Sequence record: ON862890.1 | Length of the DNA stretch: 64,000 bases | From: Escherichia phage A221 | Reading direction: 5' to 3' (one strand) | In this document: piece after piece, positions 8,680 through 18,464 of the stretch | Layout of the letters: every line of letters starts with the position of its first letter | How positions within the stretch are numbered: position 1 is the first letter of the stretch | Translations under genes and position numbers: made by a program | Notes under the pieces: model-generated | Databases searched by the model: none | What the model was told of the DNA's origin: nothing | What the model saw: only the letters and a program-made list of their open reading frames with translations

Positions 8680-9885
8680 ATGAGGCTGGAAATGAACGTC
8701 AAAACATTCAATATTCCGATCGACAATGGAGGGTTGGTAGTTGAGCGACTGAAGAAGCTCGAGCGCACTGCCGAAAGGCTGGGTGTTCCGTTTCCGACCG
8801 TGACTTATGGTGAACCCTTCAAAACCCACACCCGCGACTTCACTGGTGAGATCCTTACTCACTGGTGGAAACCTGTTACTCTCGAAGGCGAAGGCATTGA
8901 CCGCCCCATCTCTTATGGTGGCTGGAAGATCATCGGTCAGTTCAATCACGAATATCCAAAGGTTATTCTTAACCGCCTGTCCGACAACATCAATCCCGAC
9001 TTCATCCGTCGCTTCGAGGCAGAGAACGTCTCTTGGTGCCAGCATTGCAATCTAGCCATCCGTCGCAAGAACACATATGTGATTGAAAATGAGGAAACAC
9101 ACACCCAGATGCTGATTGGTAGCACCTGTATGCATCATTATGTGCCTCATCAGAAATCGCTTGACGCGATTATGTCTTACTATCTGGAAATCCAAGAGTT
9201 CTTCATGCCAGACGAGGACGATCCAGAGGGTATATATCGCGTCCAAAATGAGCGCTTCACCGACACCCACAGTTTCCTGCGCGCATGCTTCCAGGTGATG
9301 CTGGCAGGCGTGGATATCAAGTCTGAACTGTTTGACAAAGTACTGGGCTATGTCCGGTCTCACCAGAAACCAAAAGCAGGTTCCGATGAAGAGTATTTCG
9401 TAAACAAGGCACACGAATACCGTGAAGATGCCGAGTCGGAAATGTACCATATGAAGCTCTTCATCAGTGCGCTGTCCGAATCTAATGAGTTCAATGTTCG
9501 CCTGAAACGCATGTGTGAACCCGGCTATCACCTCATCAAGGATAACAACACAGTCCGCTGGGGTGCCAAGAAGTATTACGATTACATCCATCGTCCTCGT
9601 ACTGACCGCAAGGTGGAGAACAAATGGGTGGGTGAAGTCGGTGAAATGCTGGAAGTGCAAGTCAGGTTCGACAAGCGCACCTTTCTCTTCTCCAATGAAT
9701 ATGGTGATAGTTACCTGTTTACTTTCAAAACAGCAGAAGGCAATACAATTACCTGGAAGACCTCTTATATGGATACAGAGTTCTTGCAGGGCGATATGAT
9801 CATCCGTGGTCGTGTCAAAGAACTGACTGAGTACAACGGCGTTAAACAAACTCAGGTCACCAGAGCCAAATTGAGGAAATTATGA
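8680..9885 (+). CDS. hypothetical protein with Cys/His cluster
   Basis: Track ORF starts at TTG 8659; first ATG 8680; CQHCN...STCMHHY possible zinc site; no family recognised. Confidence 0.5.
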   Translation: MRLEMNVKTFNIPIDNGGLVVERLKKLERTAERLGVPFPTVTYGEPFKTHTRDFTGEILTHWWKPVTLEGEGIDRPISYGGWKIIGQFNHEYPKVILNRLSDNINPDFIRRFEAENVSWCQHCNLAIRRKNTYVIENEETHTQMLIGSTCMHHYVPHQKSLDAIMSYYLEIQEFFMPDEDDPEGIYRVQNERFTDTHSFLRACFQVMLAGVDIKSELFDKVLGYVRSHQKPKAGSDEEYFVNKAHEYREDAESEMYHMKLFISALSESNEFNVRLKRMCEPGYHLIKDNNTVRWGAKKYYDYIHRPRTDRKVENKWVGEVGEMLEVQVRFDKRTFLFSNEYGDSYLFTFKTAEGNTITWKTSYMDTEFLQGDMIIRGRVKELTEYNGVKQTQVTRAKLRKL

Positions 9886-9998
9886 ATTTGATTGAGTTTG
9901 TTCTGAAGTCGTTCGCCTTTGGTCTGATAGCATGTGGGATGATTACAGCTATGCTTCTCATCATAGCCCTGGTCATCCCCTTTAAGAGGAAACGCTGA
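9882..9998 (+). CDS. small hydrophobic protein (38 aa)
   Basis: ATGA overlap with upstream stop; MNLIEFVLKSFAFGLIACGMITAMLLIIALVIPFKRKR single TM; below track cutoff. Confidence 0.35.
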   Translation: MNLIEFVLKSFAFGLIACGMITAMLLIIALVIPFKRKR

Positions 9999-10210
9999 TG
10001 GAATGTTCATGCGGAGGGCAGGGCACAAGTGCTTACCTGCCATTCACCACTGTGAAGGAAGCCGAAGCCGCTGGATTTGCCGTGGACAAGGCTCCCTGTG
10101 TAATCGCCACGAAGGATTGCCCGTGCTGTAAGAGGCACTCTCAGGACGTCTTCTACGCCCCTGATGCGCGCCCGGCTACGGTCAACCTTCTTTCACTGAT
10201 GAGGAAGTGA
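9998..10210 (+). CDS. hypothetical Cys-containing small protein
   Basis: GAGGAA RBS; CSCGG...CPCCKRH. Confidence 0.4.
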   Translation: MECSCGGQGTSAYLPFTTVKEAEAAGFAVDKAPCVIATKDCPCCKRHSQDVFYAPDARPATVNLLSLMRK

Positions 10211-10211
10211 C

Positions 10212-10586
10212 ATGATCAAGTTTATCAACTGGTTGTTCTGTATACCGCCGCTGAGTGCTGAGATTCGTTGTCTGATTGACGCCATTGACGCTGATGACGT
10301 TGAATGGAACGGAGAGCGGCTGGTCGGGATCGACGCTGTGATCTATAACGGTGTCAAAGTGTATGCTTACACGGTCAACAACAGTTCAGGCTACACAGTC
10401 GATATTGGTTATCACACAGATTGCCTGCCTCGCCATGAAGCCAAGGCTGTGTACAAAGCTCTGGAGCGACACCACAAGCGCCGGATTAATCGCGCAGAGG
10501 CTCAGACCGAAATTAAAATCGTGAAGAAGTCCGCAAGGCTCTGGGTTTCCATAACAAATAATTCAATAAACTATTCACCCATATAA
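10212..10586 (+). CDS. hypothetical protein
   Basis: GAGGAAG RBS; 124 codons. Confidence 0.45.
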   Translation: MIKFINWLFCIPPLSAEIRCLIDAIDADDVEWNGERLVGIDAVIYNGVKVYAYTVNNSSGYTVDIGYHTDCLPRHEAKAVYKALERHHKRRINRAEAQTEIKIVKKSARLWVSITNNSINYSPI

Positions 10587-10587
10587 T
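10561..10587 (+). promoter_or_regulatory. promoter candidate ATTCAATAAAC-N10-TATAAT
   Basis: Box 10561-10567, TATAAT 10582-10587 overlapping upstream stop; near-identical to minus-strand copy at 59616-59642. Confidence 0.4.
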
Positions 10588-10615
10588 ACATCGGAACTTA
10601 CAGAAGGAACAGACC

Positions 10616-10957
10616 ATGACTACACTCGTAGAAACATTATTCCCAGGCTGCGTACTTGGGCGCGGTGGATCCGAAGCCAACGGGCTACCGATTGACGTCG
10701 AACCTCAGAACTGTGTTATTGTTGACAAGTTTCACGACAACCATTATGCCCTGAACAATCGTCGTGACCACTATCTTGTTTCCGTAGGAGATTCTTTGGT
10801 CAGTCTGCGCATCTGCAAGGCTATGCCAGGATCCGGCTATGGAGCATTCGCCTATATTCACAGCGTGTCAAATGACGAGCTGGGTAAAGAAGCTCTGGTT
10901 GAAAAATTCAAGAGTTGGAAGGATTCTTTCACCTCAATTGAACCCCCGAAGAAATAA
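10616..10957 (+). CDS. hypothetical protein
   Basis: AAGGAA RBS; 113 codons. Confidence 0.5.
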   Translation: MTTLVETLFPGCVLGRGGSEANGLPIDVEPQNCVIVDKFHDNHYALNNRRDHYLVSVGDSLVSLRICKAMPGSGYGAFAYIHSVSNDELGKEALVEKFKSWKDSFTSIEPPKK

Positions 10958-11018
10958 CTGAGGACTACACACTGACCTCATTATCGGCCAGGCAAAATCC
11001 CGCACCTGCCAATAATCT

Positions 11019-11041
11019 ATTGAAGTCCCCAGGGTTATAAT
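11019..11041 (+). promoter_or_regulatory. promoter candidate ATTGAAG-N10-TATAAT
   Basis: TATAAT 11036-11041, 29 nt before ligase ATG; same architecture on minus strand upstream of rIIA. Confidence 0.35.
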
Positions 11042-11070
11042 AGCAGCACATATAACCCTGGAGACACCAC

Positions 11071-12501
11071 ATGATCCCTATCCTTGAAACAGTCCACCGA
11101 CTTCGCGAAACCAAAGGCAGCAATGCGAAGAAAGCCGTGCTGACCGAAGCATTCAAGAACAACCCAGACTTGGCAGACTTCCTGCAGTATGTCTATGACC
11201 CAATGACGTCGTTCTATCGGACTGAGTTGAAGCTCAGCGCGTATCCTCGCATGCTCGTCCGTGAGAAGACTGATGACATTAGCGAAGTCTATGAAGTCCT
11301 CGACCAGATGGCACAGCGCCTTGTCGGTGGCCAAAAGGCTGATGCCCTGTTGGCCTCTGTCGCCCTGAAGATGGATCCCCAATACCACGAACTCATTCAG
11401 ATGATCCTAGACCGTGATATCAAGGCGGGTATCGCTGAGAAGGGCATCAACGCTGCATTCAACGCCGCCGGAGGCACTGGACGCCTGATCAACATCCTTC
11501 CATATCATCGTTATGACAACATGACGATTGACCTGCTGAAGAAGATGGACTTCAAGCGCGGCGTCTACAGCCAGCTGAAGTCAGACGGTATGTTCGCCAA
11601 CATCATATGTCGGTACAATAAAGAGCCTGAGATTCGCTCTCGCTCCGGTTCCCTTATCGCAGGTGGTTCGGTTGATAACCTTTCACTGGTGTTCAAAGAC
11701 CTGATCTACGATGCGGGGATTGGTGAGAGTGTGTTCCATGGTGAACTTCTCGTTGTTGACCTCAAGTCGAATACCATCCTGCCTCGTGCTGTCGGTAACG
11801 GTAAACTCAACAGCGTGATTCAGACAGGAGAACCCCTGGAAGATCGTTATCGGGTGATCTACCGGGTGTGGGATGTTGTGCCGTATGAACAATGGTTCAA
11901 CGCCCAGCGCGTGGACACCCCGTATGAGCGCCGCTTCGATATTATCCAGCAACTGTTTGATGAAGACGACGGTCTGGTTCAGGTTCAAGAAACCCGCGTT
12001 GTTCACTCATTTGCCGAAGCCGTCGACCACTTCAAAGACGCGCTGGCTCGCAAAGAAGAAGGCACGATATGTAAGGCCGCAGACATGCCGTGGGAAGATG
12101 GTACTTCTTCTGAAGGTCTGAAGCTGAAGATGGAGGTTGAGTGTGACCTTGAAATCGTGGGCTTCAACGAGGCTGACAAGAAGGGTAAACACGCCAAGAC
12201 TTTTGGCTCACTGATTTGTAAAACTTCCGACAGCCTGCTTGTCGTTGGCGTATCAGGGATCTCAGATGAGCTGAGACGCCATATGTGGGAGAACCAGGGC
12301 GACTACATTGGCAAGATCGCCGCAGTGCTCTCCAATGGCGTACAGGATAAGACCGATGATGCGATGAAGTCTTTGTTCCTACCTCGCCTTGTAGAAGTCC
12401 GCATTGACAAGAAAGTGGCCAACACACTGGATGAAGTCTATGCGATACAGAAAGCGTACATTGAAAACATCGCATTCCTGTTGGAGAAGAGTAATGGGTG
12501 A
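11071..12501 (+). CDS. 30: ATP-dependent DNA ligase (T4 gp30-like)
   Basis: N-terminus, KSDGMF (motif I KxDG), FHGELLV, RVWDVVPY, EGTICK, DLEIVGF and C-terminal LFLPRLVEVRIDKKVANTLDEV all align to T4 ligase. Confidence 0.85.
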   Translation: MIPILETVHRLRETKGSNAKKAVLTEAFKNNPDLADFLQYVYDPMTSFYRTELKLSAYPRMLVREKTDDISEVYEVLDQMAQRLVGGQKADALLASVALKMDPQYHELIQMILDRDIKAGIAEKGINAAFNAAGGTGRLINILPYHRYDNMTIDLLKKMDFKRGVYSQLKSDGMFANIICRYNKEPEIRSRSGSLIAGGSVDNLSLVFKDLIYDAGIGESVFHGELLVVDLKSNTILPRAVGNGKLNSVIQTGEPLEDRYRVIYRVWDVVPYEQWFNAQRVDTPYERRFDIIQQLFDEDDGLVQVQETRVVHSFAEAVDHFKDALARKEEGTICKAADMPWEDGTSSEGLKLKMEVECDLEIVGFNEADKKGKHAKTFGSLICKTSDSLLVVGVSGISDELRRHMWENQGDYIGKIAAVLSNGVQDKTDDAMKSLFLPRLVEVRIDKKVANTLDEVYAIQKAYIENIAFLLEKSNG

Positions 12502-12727
12502 GTATATGAGTTTCTGGTGGGCGAAGTTCTTGGTTGAACTTCAGATATCCGGCATCGTCTTCTTGATCGCCGTGATCCTAGTTGCCCGTTCGGCGTTCAA
12601 GCAATGGCGCTGCAAACACAGCACCTATCGTGAGAACCATGCTTGCCATGCTATCTGCACCCATTGCGGGAAGGATCTTGGGTTTGTAGGCACTGTTCGC
12701 GAGATGAAGAAACACAAAGAGGTGTGA
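12494..12727 (+). CDS. small membrane protein with CxxC pair
   Basis: ATG 12494 overlapping ligase stop; TM ISGIVFLIAVILVA; CHAICTHC. Confidence 0.35.
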   Translation: MGEYMSFWWAKFLVELQISGIVFLIAVILVARSAFKQWRCKHSTYRENHACHAICTHCGKDLGFVGTVREMKKHKEV

Positions 12728-12731
12728 TCTG

Positions 12732-12989
12732 ATGGACGAGCTATTCGCATTGGTGATTGCATTAACGTTCTTACTGTCCTTGATTATCAGCTCGCTTGTG
12801 TTGTTGCTGGTGTGGATAGCTATTCCCGAGATCAATAACCACAAGGCGCTCGTTGTCGTGATTATCCTAGGTCTGAGTGCTTCCCTTACTCTTCACTATT
12901 CCAAACAGGAGTATAATCCTAACAAATATTACAAGACATTAGCGGACAAGTATCATGAGTTTAAGAATGAAAGAGCTTCCGGTAAATGA
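12732..12989 (+). CDS. small membrane protein
   Basis: Two hydrophobic helices in 85 codons. Confidence 0.4.
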   Translation: MDELFALVIALTFLLSLIISSLVLLLVWIAIPEINNHKALVVVIILGLSASLTLHYSKQEYNPNKYYKTLADKYHEFKNERASGK

Positions 12990-13206
12990 CAAGAAGTACA
13001 TGTACAAGGTTCTGCTGAGCCTCGGGGTGTCACAATCTGGGCTGGCTCGTTTATTGGATTGTTCTAATGTTGTGAACTACTGGGCGAAGGGTTATCGTGT
13101 TGTCCCCCGCTCCTTCCGTCGCTTCATCCTGGTGTTACAGTTCATCAAGAAGAAAGGGCTGATGGAAGAGTTATTGCAATTTATTAAAGAAGAGGAACGC
13201 AAATGA
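12955..13206 (+). CDS. small helix-turn-helix-like protein (start uncertain)
   Basis: GVSQSGLARLLDCSNVVNYWAKG HTH-like segment; immediately upstream of HNH endonuclease gene. Confidence 0.35.
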   Translation: MSLRMKELPVNDKKYMYKVLLSLGVSQSGLARLLDCSNVVNYWAKGYRVVPRSFRRFILVLQFIKKKGLMEELLQFIKEEERK

Positions 13207-13898
13207 ACTATACCCGAGCGTTGGTTTCTATCCTTGAAAGGTCTTATTCTCGCAATCTGATTGGGTATTCAGAAAGACACCATAAAGAACCCAGGAGCTT
13301 GGGAGGGACTGATACTGCGGAGAATATTGCTGTTCTAACTGCTCGGGAACATTTCATAGTTCACAAACTTTTGGCCAAGATATTCAGTACGTCTCCTGCA
13401 TACGTGAAAATCTTTTCTTTGATGAGAAATATATCAAAATCACAAACTTCACGTCAATACGAAGAGTTCGCTCTCAGAAAATGGGAAAGGGTGAAGACAG
13501 CCAACAGTACTCCAGAGTTTAAACAAAAATGCAGTGAAAGATTCAAGGGGGTGGCGTTATCCCGTGAACACAGATCGAAAATTTCCGATTCGCTGATGGG
13601 CAGACCCAAATCAGATTCACAACGTTCCAAATTAAAACAAATCCATTCAAAGCCTTGGGAAAGTCCAAATGCGACACATACCCGCAAATATTGGGCTTTG
13701 GCAGGAATATTCTATGATTGGTGGGTAGCCGATGGTGCCAGGTTAGGCATATGTCGAAATGTAACGATGGTCAAGGAATTGGGGGTGGATCGCGCCGAAA
13801 TGACCGCCAAAAGTTGCATACAAAGATTTCAAAAAGGATGGGTGCCGTACAATGATGAGAATTGGGTTAAGTTTTTCGAGGAAATGAAAAATGCGTGA
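13203..13898 (+). CDS. HNH homing endonuclease (free-standing)
   Basis: HHKEPRSLGGTDTAENIAVLTAREHFIVH HNH motif; NUMOD-like EHRSKISDSLMG; paralog of 29335-30166. Confidence 0.8.
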   Translation: MNYTRALVSILERSYSRNLIGYSERHHKEPRSLGGTDTAENIAVLTAREHFIVHKLLAKIFSTSPAYVKIFSLMRNISKSQTSRQYEEFALRKWERVKTANSTPEFKQKCSERFKGVALSREHRSKISDSLMGRPKSDSQRSKLKQIHSKPWESPNATHTRKYWALAGIFYDWWVADGARLGICRNVTMVKELGVDRAEMTAKSCIQRFQKGWVPYNDENWVKFFEEMKNA

Positions 13899-14556
13899 GT
13901 ATACCGATTGGGAAAAAATGCAGTTCGAGCGGGCGTTCAACGTTTACTGTGTCTTCATGGCGATCAAGCTGCACTTCACCACTAAGGACTTCGATTACAG
14001 CTTGTATGGACCGATGAATTACAAGTTCGAGACGTTCTTGGCGAAGGAGGCCGTGTGCAAACAGTTTGCTCGCCTTGCCCGTCGATTCGAGTCATCACAG
14101 GGTGAAGTGGTAGAGAACTACATCATTGCCAACTTCATCAAATCACCCAAGACCTGGGTGACGACATTGCTTACACGCCAGGCTCAGGCCAATTATGATG
14201 AATACCGTAAGCTGTACGAGAACTTCACATATAACTTCCTTGAGGAGTTCGAGCGGGAGATGATCCCTGCCATAAGGGAGCGCAACTGCACCTTCATTGA
14301 GTACATCAAGGGGACGGGTACAGGTCATCCACCGTTGCTAACAGACATCATCATCAAGAAGTTCCCGATTTGGTTCCTTGTCGGTCTGAACAAGATCGTT
14401 GGTTTCATTCATCTATACGATACGATTCTGCGTGATGACATCTACTGGAACTCAGAGGCGTTCTTGCTCAGGAAGACGAATGCTGTGGTTCCGGATGAGG
14501 ATACCACATATTCAAAACAGAGACTCCGTGAGCTAATACAAGCCCACGGAATCTGA
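13891..14556 (+). CDS. hypothetical protein (weak resemblance to T4 gp59 helicase loader)
   Basis: 221 codons; loose pattern similarity to gp59 N-terminal region only. Confidence 0.4.
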   Translation: MREYTDWEKMQFERAFNVYCVFMAIKLHFTTKDFDYSLYGPMNYKFETFLAKEAVCKQFARLARRFESSQGEVVENYIIANFIKSPKTWVTTLLTRQAQANYDEYRKLYENFTYNFLEEFEREMIPAIRERNCTFIEYIKGTGTGHPPLLTDIIIKKFPIWFLVGLNKIVGFIHLYDTILRDDIYWNSEAFLLRKTNAVVPDEDTTYSKQRLRELIQAHGI

Positions 14557-16503
14557 TTACCATTCCCACAGGATGCGGGAATTATCTGTTTTGTTCTCAG
14601 GCTCAAGATATGAGCTGTTGAAGTTATTGGTCGTGTTGATCCTCTTAGAAGCATCCACATTCTGCTGTACTGGCATCACGACGCTGGCCGGAGGCGGTGA
14701 ATAGCCGCCTTGTACTTGCTCAATATTAGACAGCGCCCTCCCTTGTGATGGCATGGCCCCGCCCAGAGTACCACCCCCGATAGAACCATACGCAGCTTTC
14801 AGCTGAGAGGTGCGGTCATTAGTCATATTCTTGTAATCTGAAGACGCACCAGAAGGTATTGGAGTCAGCGTTTGTGGATCGATGTTCGGTTGTGCTGGCG
14901 TCTGTGGCTGCTGGGTCTCTGTCACATCAGGAGACGGATTCTCATCAGTGTCAATCAGCATAGACTGGCGAGCCTCATCCATCTTCTGCTTCGCAGCCTG
15001 TCCACCCAGAGCGTCAGGGATGATGCTGACGAACTTGTCAACGATATCGAACATCGCATTGGTGATTGTGTTCAGCATGTTGAAGAAAGGTTTCTTCACA
15101 TTTTCGGCAAATCCCTTCTTGATATCGTCAATGACCTTGTTGGCCACACCCATGCCCTCGTCGATCACACTACTGATACCCCCTGTGATCCAGTCTACCA
15201 GCTTTATCAACTCGGACTGTAGGTTGTCTGCTAACTTGCCAGGGATATCCGTAAGAGACGTGTCTCTCCCGATCCCTGCAAACAAGTCGTTGCTAATCCA
15301 GTCGATAATACCATTCAGCCAACGAGCGGGAGCCTCAGTGATCATGAGGGTGTATTTGCGCAGGGTTTCACCCGCCTCGGTATCAAAGCCAAAGATCTTG
15401 GACACCCAGTCAAATAGATCACCAAATCCACCAACCAGTTCTGATATCCCCGCCCGTACTCGGTCAACTATCGTGACAGCACCTTTACCTAGGATCTCCT
15501 TCGCATCAATGAAGCCTTTACCGAAGTCCCAGATCATAGACAGGAGAGCCAGTGGGCCGACTTTCAGGAACTTGAACACCTTCCCAAATGGGCCCAGAAG
15601 TTTGGTGATACCTTCTCCCAGTTTGGAGAACATGCCGAGGAAAGTCCCGACAACACCACCGATGATCTTGAACGGCTTGAGCAAGAAGCCCTTCAGTGCA
15701 TTCAGGCCAAGCATGGCCGCCACAGCAGCCCCGATACCGGAGGAATCGTCTTTCTGGTCATCGTCTTTGGGTATAACAGAACCCGCCTGAGGATGACCAC
15801 CCGTTTCTTTGTCGGTTTCCCCACGGCGCATCTCGTCCTTCTCACGCCACTTCTGGTCTTCATCAAAGATGCGTGTCAGCACTCCAACGATATGACCGCC
15901 CGTGCGCCCAATCTTGTTTTCAATGCTAGACAAGCGAGTAAGGGTGTCATCGGAGTTCTTTTTCAGTTCAGCAACATCGTCACGAACCTCGATCATCACT
16001 CCGTCGATCATGTTCAAGAATGATCCCACGCGGACCAGAGACACACTCTGCTCGTCCATGCGCTTGAGGGTGTCATCATTAGCAGACTTCAGCTGGTCTG
16101 AGATCAGGTTAAGATACTCCAGGGACGTGTCATCTGTTGGCATGCGGGTGATCTCACCGAGGCGGTCAATCTTGCCTGCGATATTCTCCAGTTCCCGATT
16201 GCCTTCGTTACCCACATCGACAGTATCCTTCATCCATACGCTGAAGTCGCGGGTGAAGATCGGAGACATGCGAGCGAATCCCATGACGATCTCATTGACT
16301 GTCGGGATACGGATTTCAAATGGCTTGGACTCGGCCTTGGTGCCCTGTTTAGTGGCAGATTCCAGCTTGGCCAGATTCTTGTTCATCCGGTCAAGCTGTT
16401 TGTTGGTTTCATTCTGAGCGCGGAGTTGTTTGCGCTGCATCATCTCCGCCTTGATCTTGTCTAGAACTTTGACAACATCATTGTTCGTTGCTTCCTGTGC
16501 CAT
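14557..16503 (-). CDS. virion structural protein, tape-measure/hub-like
   Basis: Coiled-coil N-terminus, Gly-rich hydrophobic core, Gln/Pro-rich tail; first gene of minus-strand structural block. Confidence 0.4.
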   Translation of the reverse strand: MAQEATNNDVVKVLDKIKAEMMQRKQLRAQNETNKQLDRMNKNLAKLESATKQGTKAESKPFEIRIPTVNEIVMGFARMSPIFTRDFSVWMKDTVDVGNEGNRELENIAGKIDRLGEITRMPTDDTSLEYLNLISDQLKSANDDTLKRMDEQSVSLVRVGSFLNMIDGVMIEVRDDVAELKKNSDDTLTRLSSIENKIGRTGGHIVGVLTRIFDEDQKWREKDEMRRGETDKETGGHPQAGSVIPKDDDQKDDSSGIGAAVAAMLGLNALKGFLLKPFKIIGGVVGTFLGMFSKLGEGITKLLGPFGKVFKFLKVGPLALLSMIWDFGKGFIDAKEILGKGAVTIVDRVRAGISELVGGFGDLFDWVSKIFGFDTEAGETLRKYTLMITEAPARWLNGIIDWISNDLFAGIGRDTSLTDIPGKLADNLQSELIKLVDWITGGISSVIDEGMGVANKVIDDIKKGFAENVKKPFFNMLNTITNAMFDIVDKFVSIIPDALGGQAAKQKMDEARQSMLIDTDENPSPDVTETQQPQTPAQPNIDPQTLTPIPSGASSDYKNMTNDRTSQLKAAYGSIGGGTLGGAMPSQGRALSNIEQVQGGYSPPPASVVMPVQQNVDASKRINTTNNFNSSYLEPENKTDNSRILWEW

Positions 16504-16513
16504 GGGTCACCTC

Positions 16514-17902
16514 TTAAACCTTCTGTGCTTGGCCTTTCTCAATCGCCTGAGGAGTAGTGGTGGAAGCAGTTGTCTGATTGGTCTGAGGTGGAAGCACCTG
16601 CTCCAGCAAACTGTCCTTGGCAATCTCAGCGATGCACTGATAATCTTTGGTCAGGCGGGAAATCTTGTGACGCACTTTGGTCACGATATAGTGGCCTGTA
16701 GATAGCTTACTTAACTCTGCCAGGTTTTCGTTCTTCTTAGGACGGTTGGACTGGTCTTCGACGTAGAACACCTGACCGACGTTCAGGCGGTTATCACCAA
16801 CGAGCAACACGCGCATCACAGTGCTGGCAAGACTGAAGTTGATAACACGACGAGCATAATCAATCTGCTCCGCTCCATCCGGCTGGGCTTCAATGTAACG
16901 GACGTTCTGACGATTGAATTCATCTGAGAACATTGGGAACGGATCAAGGTGAGCCGTCTCTGCAAACCACTCAGTATAGATGCGCTGTGTTGGGGTAACT
17001 GTCTTGGTCTCAAAGTCGTAGACGCGCTCGTTCACCGCCAGGACATCGCGGTAGTTTGCCATGAACTGGTCACGCGCCAGCTTCTTCTCTGCCTTGATGA
17101 TCGTGCGCATAAAGCGCTCAGAGTTGAAGTTGTTATCCTGCATGAGCGGCGCGTCCTGAGGATCACGGAACAACTTGTTCTGCTGAGCTAGTTCCTGCTT
17201 CTCTTCTGCTGTCAATGACTGGCTGCCCTGGTTGAACAACGTCGTCAGGCTCTTGAAGTGATAGCCATTGAAGTCTTCATAGAACACGAATGGCATGAAC
17301 AATTCGTCATAAGAACGGCTCGCCATATAATCAATAGATCGCAGCACGGGCCAGAGCGGGGTGGCGAACCGCTCTTGAATTCCATATGAAGGGTCGATGT
17401 CTTCGAACTTGGTGCGCGACTCCAGCTGATTGAAGATTGTCTTCGCCATGTCAGAATACGAACCGTCAAGACCGAGGGAGCATCGGATCATGCTGTCCTT
17501 ATAGGCATCGGTGGTCACCATGTGCAACCAGAATGCTTTCTTGGACGAGCTGTTGGACTCATCAGCTACACGCCCAACACGCGCTACGCGCAGGGAGAGA
17601 GTGGTGTATTCCGAGGCCGCCGGACTCTTGAATGACACCACAACTTCTTCACCACCCAAGATAGGCATTGTGTCAAGAATGTCCCACCCCTCTTTTATCA
17701 AGACATTGGCTGTAAGTGATGGAGATGACTTCCCTTCAAGACCCAGATCCTGGAAGACGTTGAACTCCTCAAACAACGCCGTCAGGTCATATGGTGTTGG
17801 TGATCCACCCTGGGGTGTATGAGGGAGTATCGCCATATACTTCAGGTCAAATGTTGTTGACGGTGTTACAATACCGTCTTGGGTCTCTCTGTTTTCGATC
17901 AT
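16514..17902 (-). CDS. putative baseplate/tail structural protein
   Basis: 462 codons in structural block; no motif recognised. Confidence 0.35.
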   Translation of the reverse strand: MIENRETQDGIVTPSTTFDLKYMAILPHTPQGGSPTPYDLTALFEEFNVFQDLGLEGKSSPSLTANVLIKEGWDILDTMPILGGEEVVVSFKSPAASEYTTLSLRVARVGRVADESNSSSKKAFWLHMVTTDAYKDSMIRCSLGLDGSYSDMAKTIFNQLESRTKFEDIDPSYGIQERFATPLWPVLRSIDYMASRSYDELFMPFVFYEDFNGYHFKSLTTLFNQGSQSLTAEEKQELAQQNKLFRDPQDAPLMQDNNFNSERFMRTIIKAEKKLARDQFMANYRDVLAVNERVYDFETKTVTPTQRIYTEWFAETAHLDPFPMFSDEFNRQNVRYIEAQPDGAEQIDYARRVINFSLASTVMRVLLVGDNRLNVGQVFYVEDQSNRPKKNENLAELSKLSTGHYIVTKVRHKISRLTKDYQCIAEIAKDSLLEQVLPPQTNQTTASTTTPQAIEKGQAQKV

Positions 17903-18453
17903 TTCGCCAACTCCTGCTCCAGCTGATTGACAAACGAAGACACATAATCTGGGTCGAGTACTTGGATGTTCCGTTTGGCTTCATTCTTACTGATTGCATC
18001 ATCATGGTATGAAACTGCCGTCAGACCATAGTTAGCAATTATGGACGGCTCATCCAGGTCTAGGTTATATGCAAATTTGATAGCACGGGCGTCGGTTACA
18101 TTGTTGAACTGGTCGACATAATAGGCTGTATCCCACATACCATCGATGCCATAATCTGCAGTCAGTTCTTCAATAATACGGCGTTCCGGTTTCGGCCAGT
18201 CCTTATTGATGTCCATGATGCCGTTTATCAGACAAGGTATCCAAAACAACTCGAAGGATCCGTAAACGCGTTCTGCAAAAGACCTTGGGGTTTCCCCCTC
18301 TTGGATCGTATACGGCAGGAGAAGCCCTTCGATGTCCTTAATTTTCTGTAAGATCATCACCCGGCGCGTTAAATTCTGTAACAGCACCTGATCATTCTCT
18401 TGGACATCTTGCAATTGATGCCAAACAAGTGGAAACTTCTCAAAATATTTCAT
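17899..18453 (-). CDS. putative baseplate protein
   Basis: 184 codons, ATGA-coupled to downstream gene. Confidence 0.35.
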   Translation of the reverse strand: MKYFEKFPLVWHQLQDVQENDQVLLQNLTRRVMILQKIKDIEGLLLPYTIQEGETPRSFAERVYGSFELFWIPCLINGIMDINKDWPKPERRIIEELTADYGIDGMWDTAYYVDQFNNVTDARAIKFAYNLDLDEPSIIANYGLTAVSYHDDAISKNEAKRNIQVLDPDYVSSFVNQLEQELAK

Positions 18454-18464
18454 GGCATCCTCTC

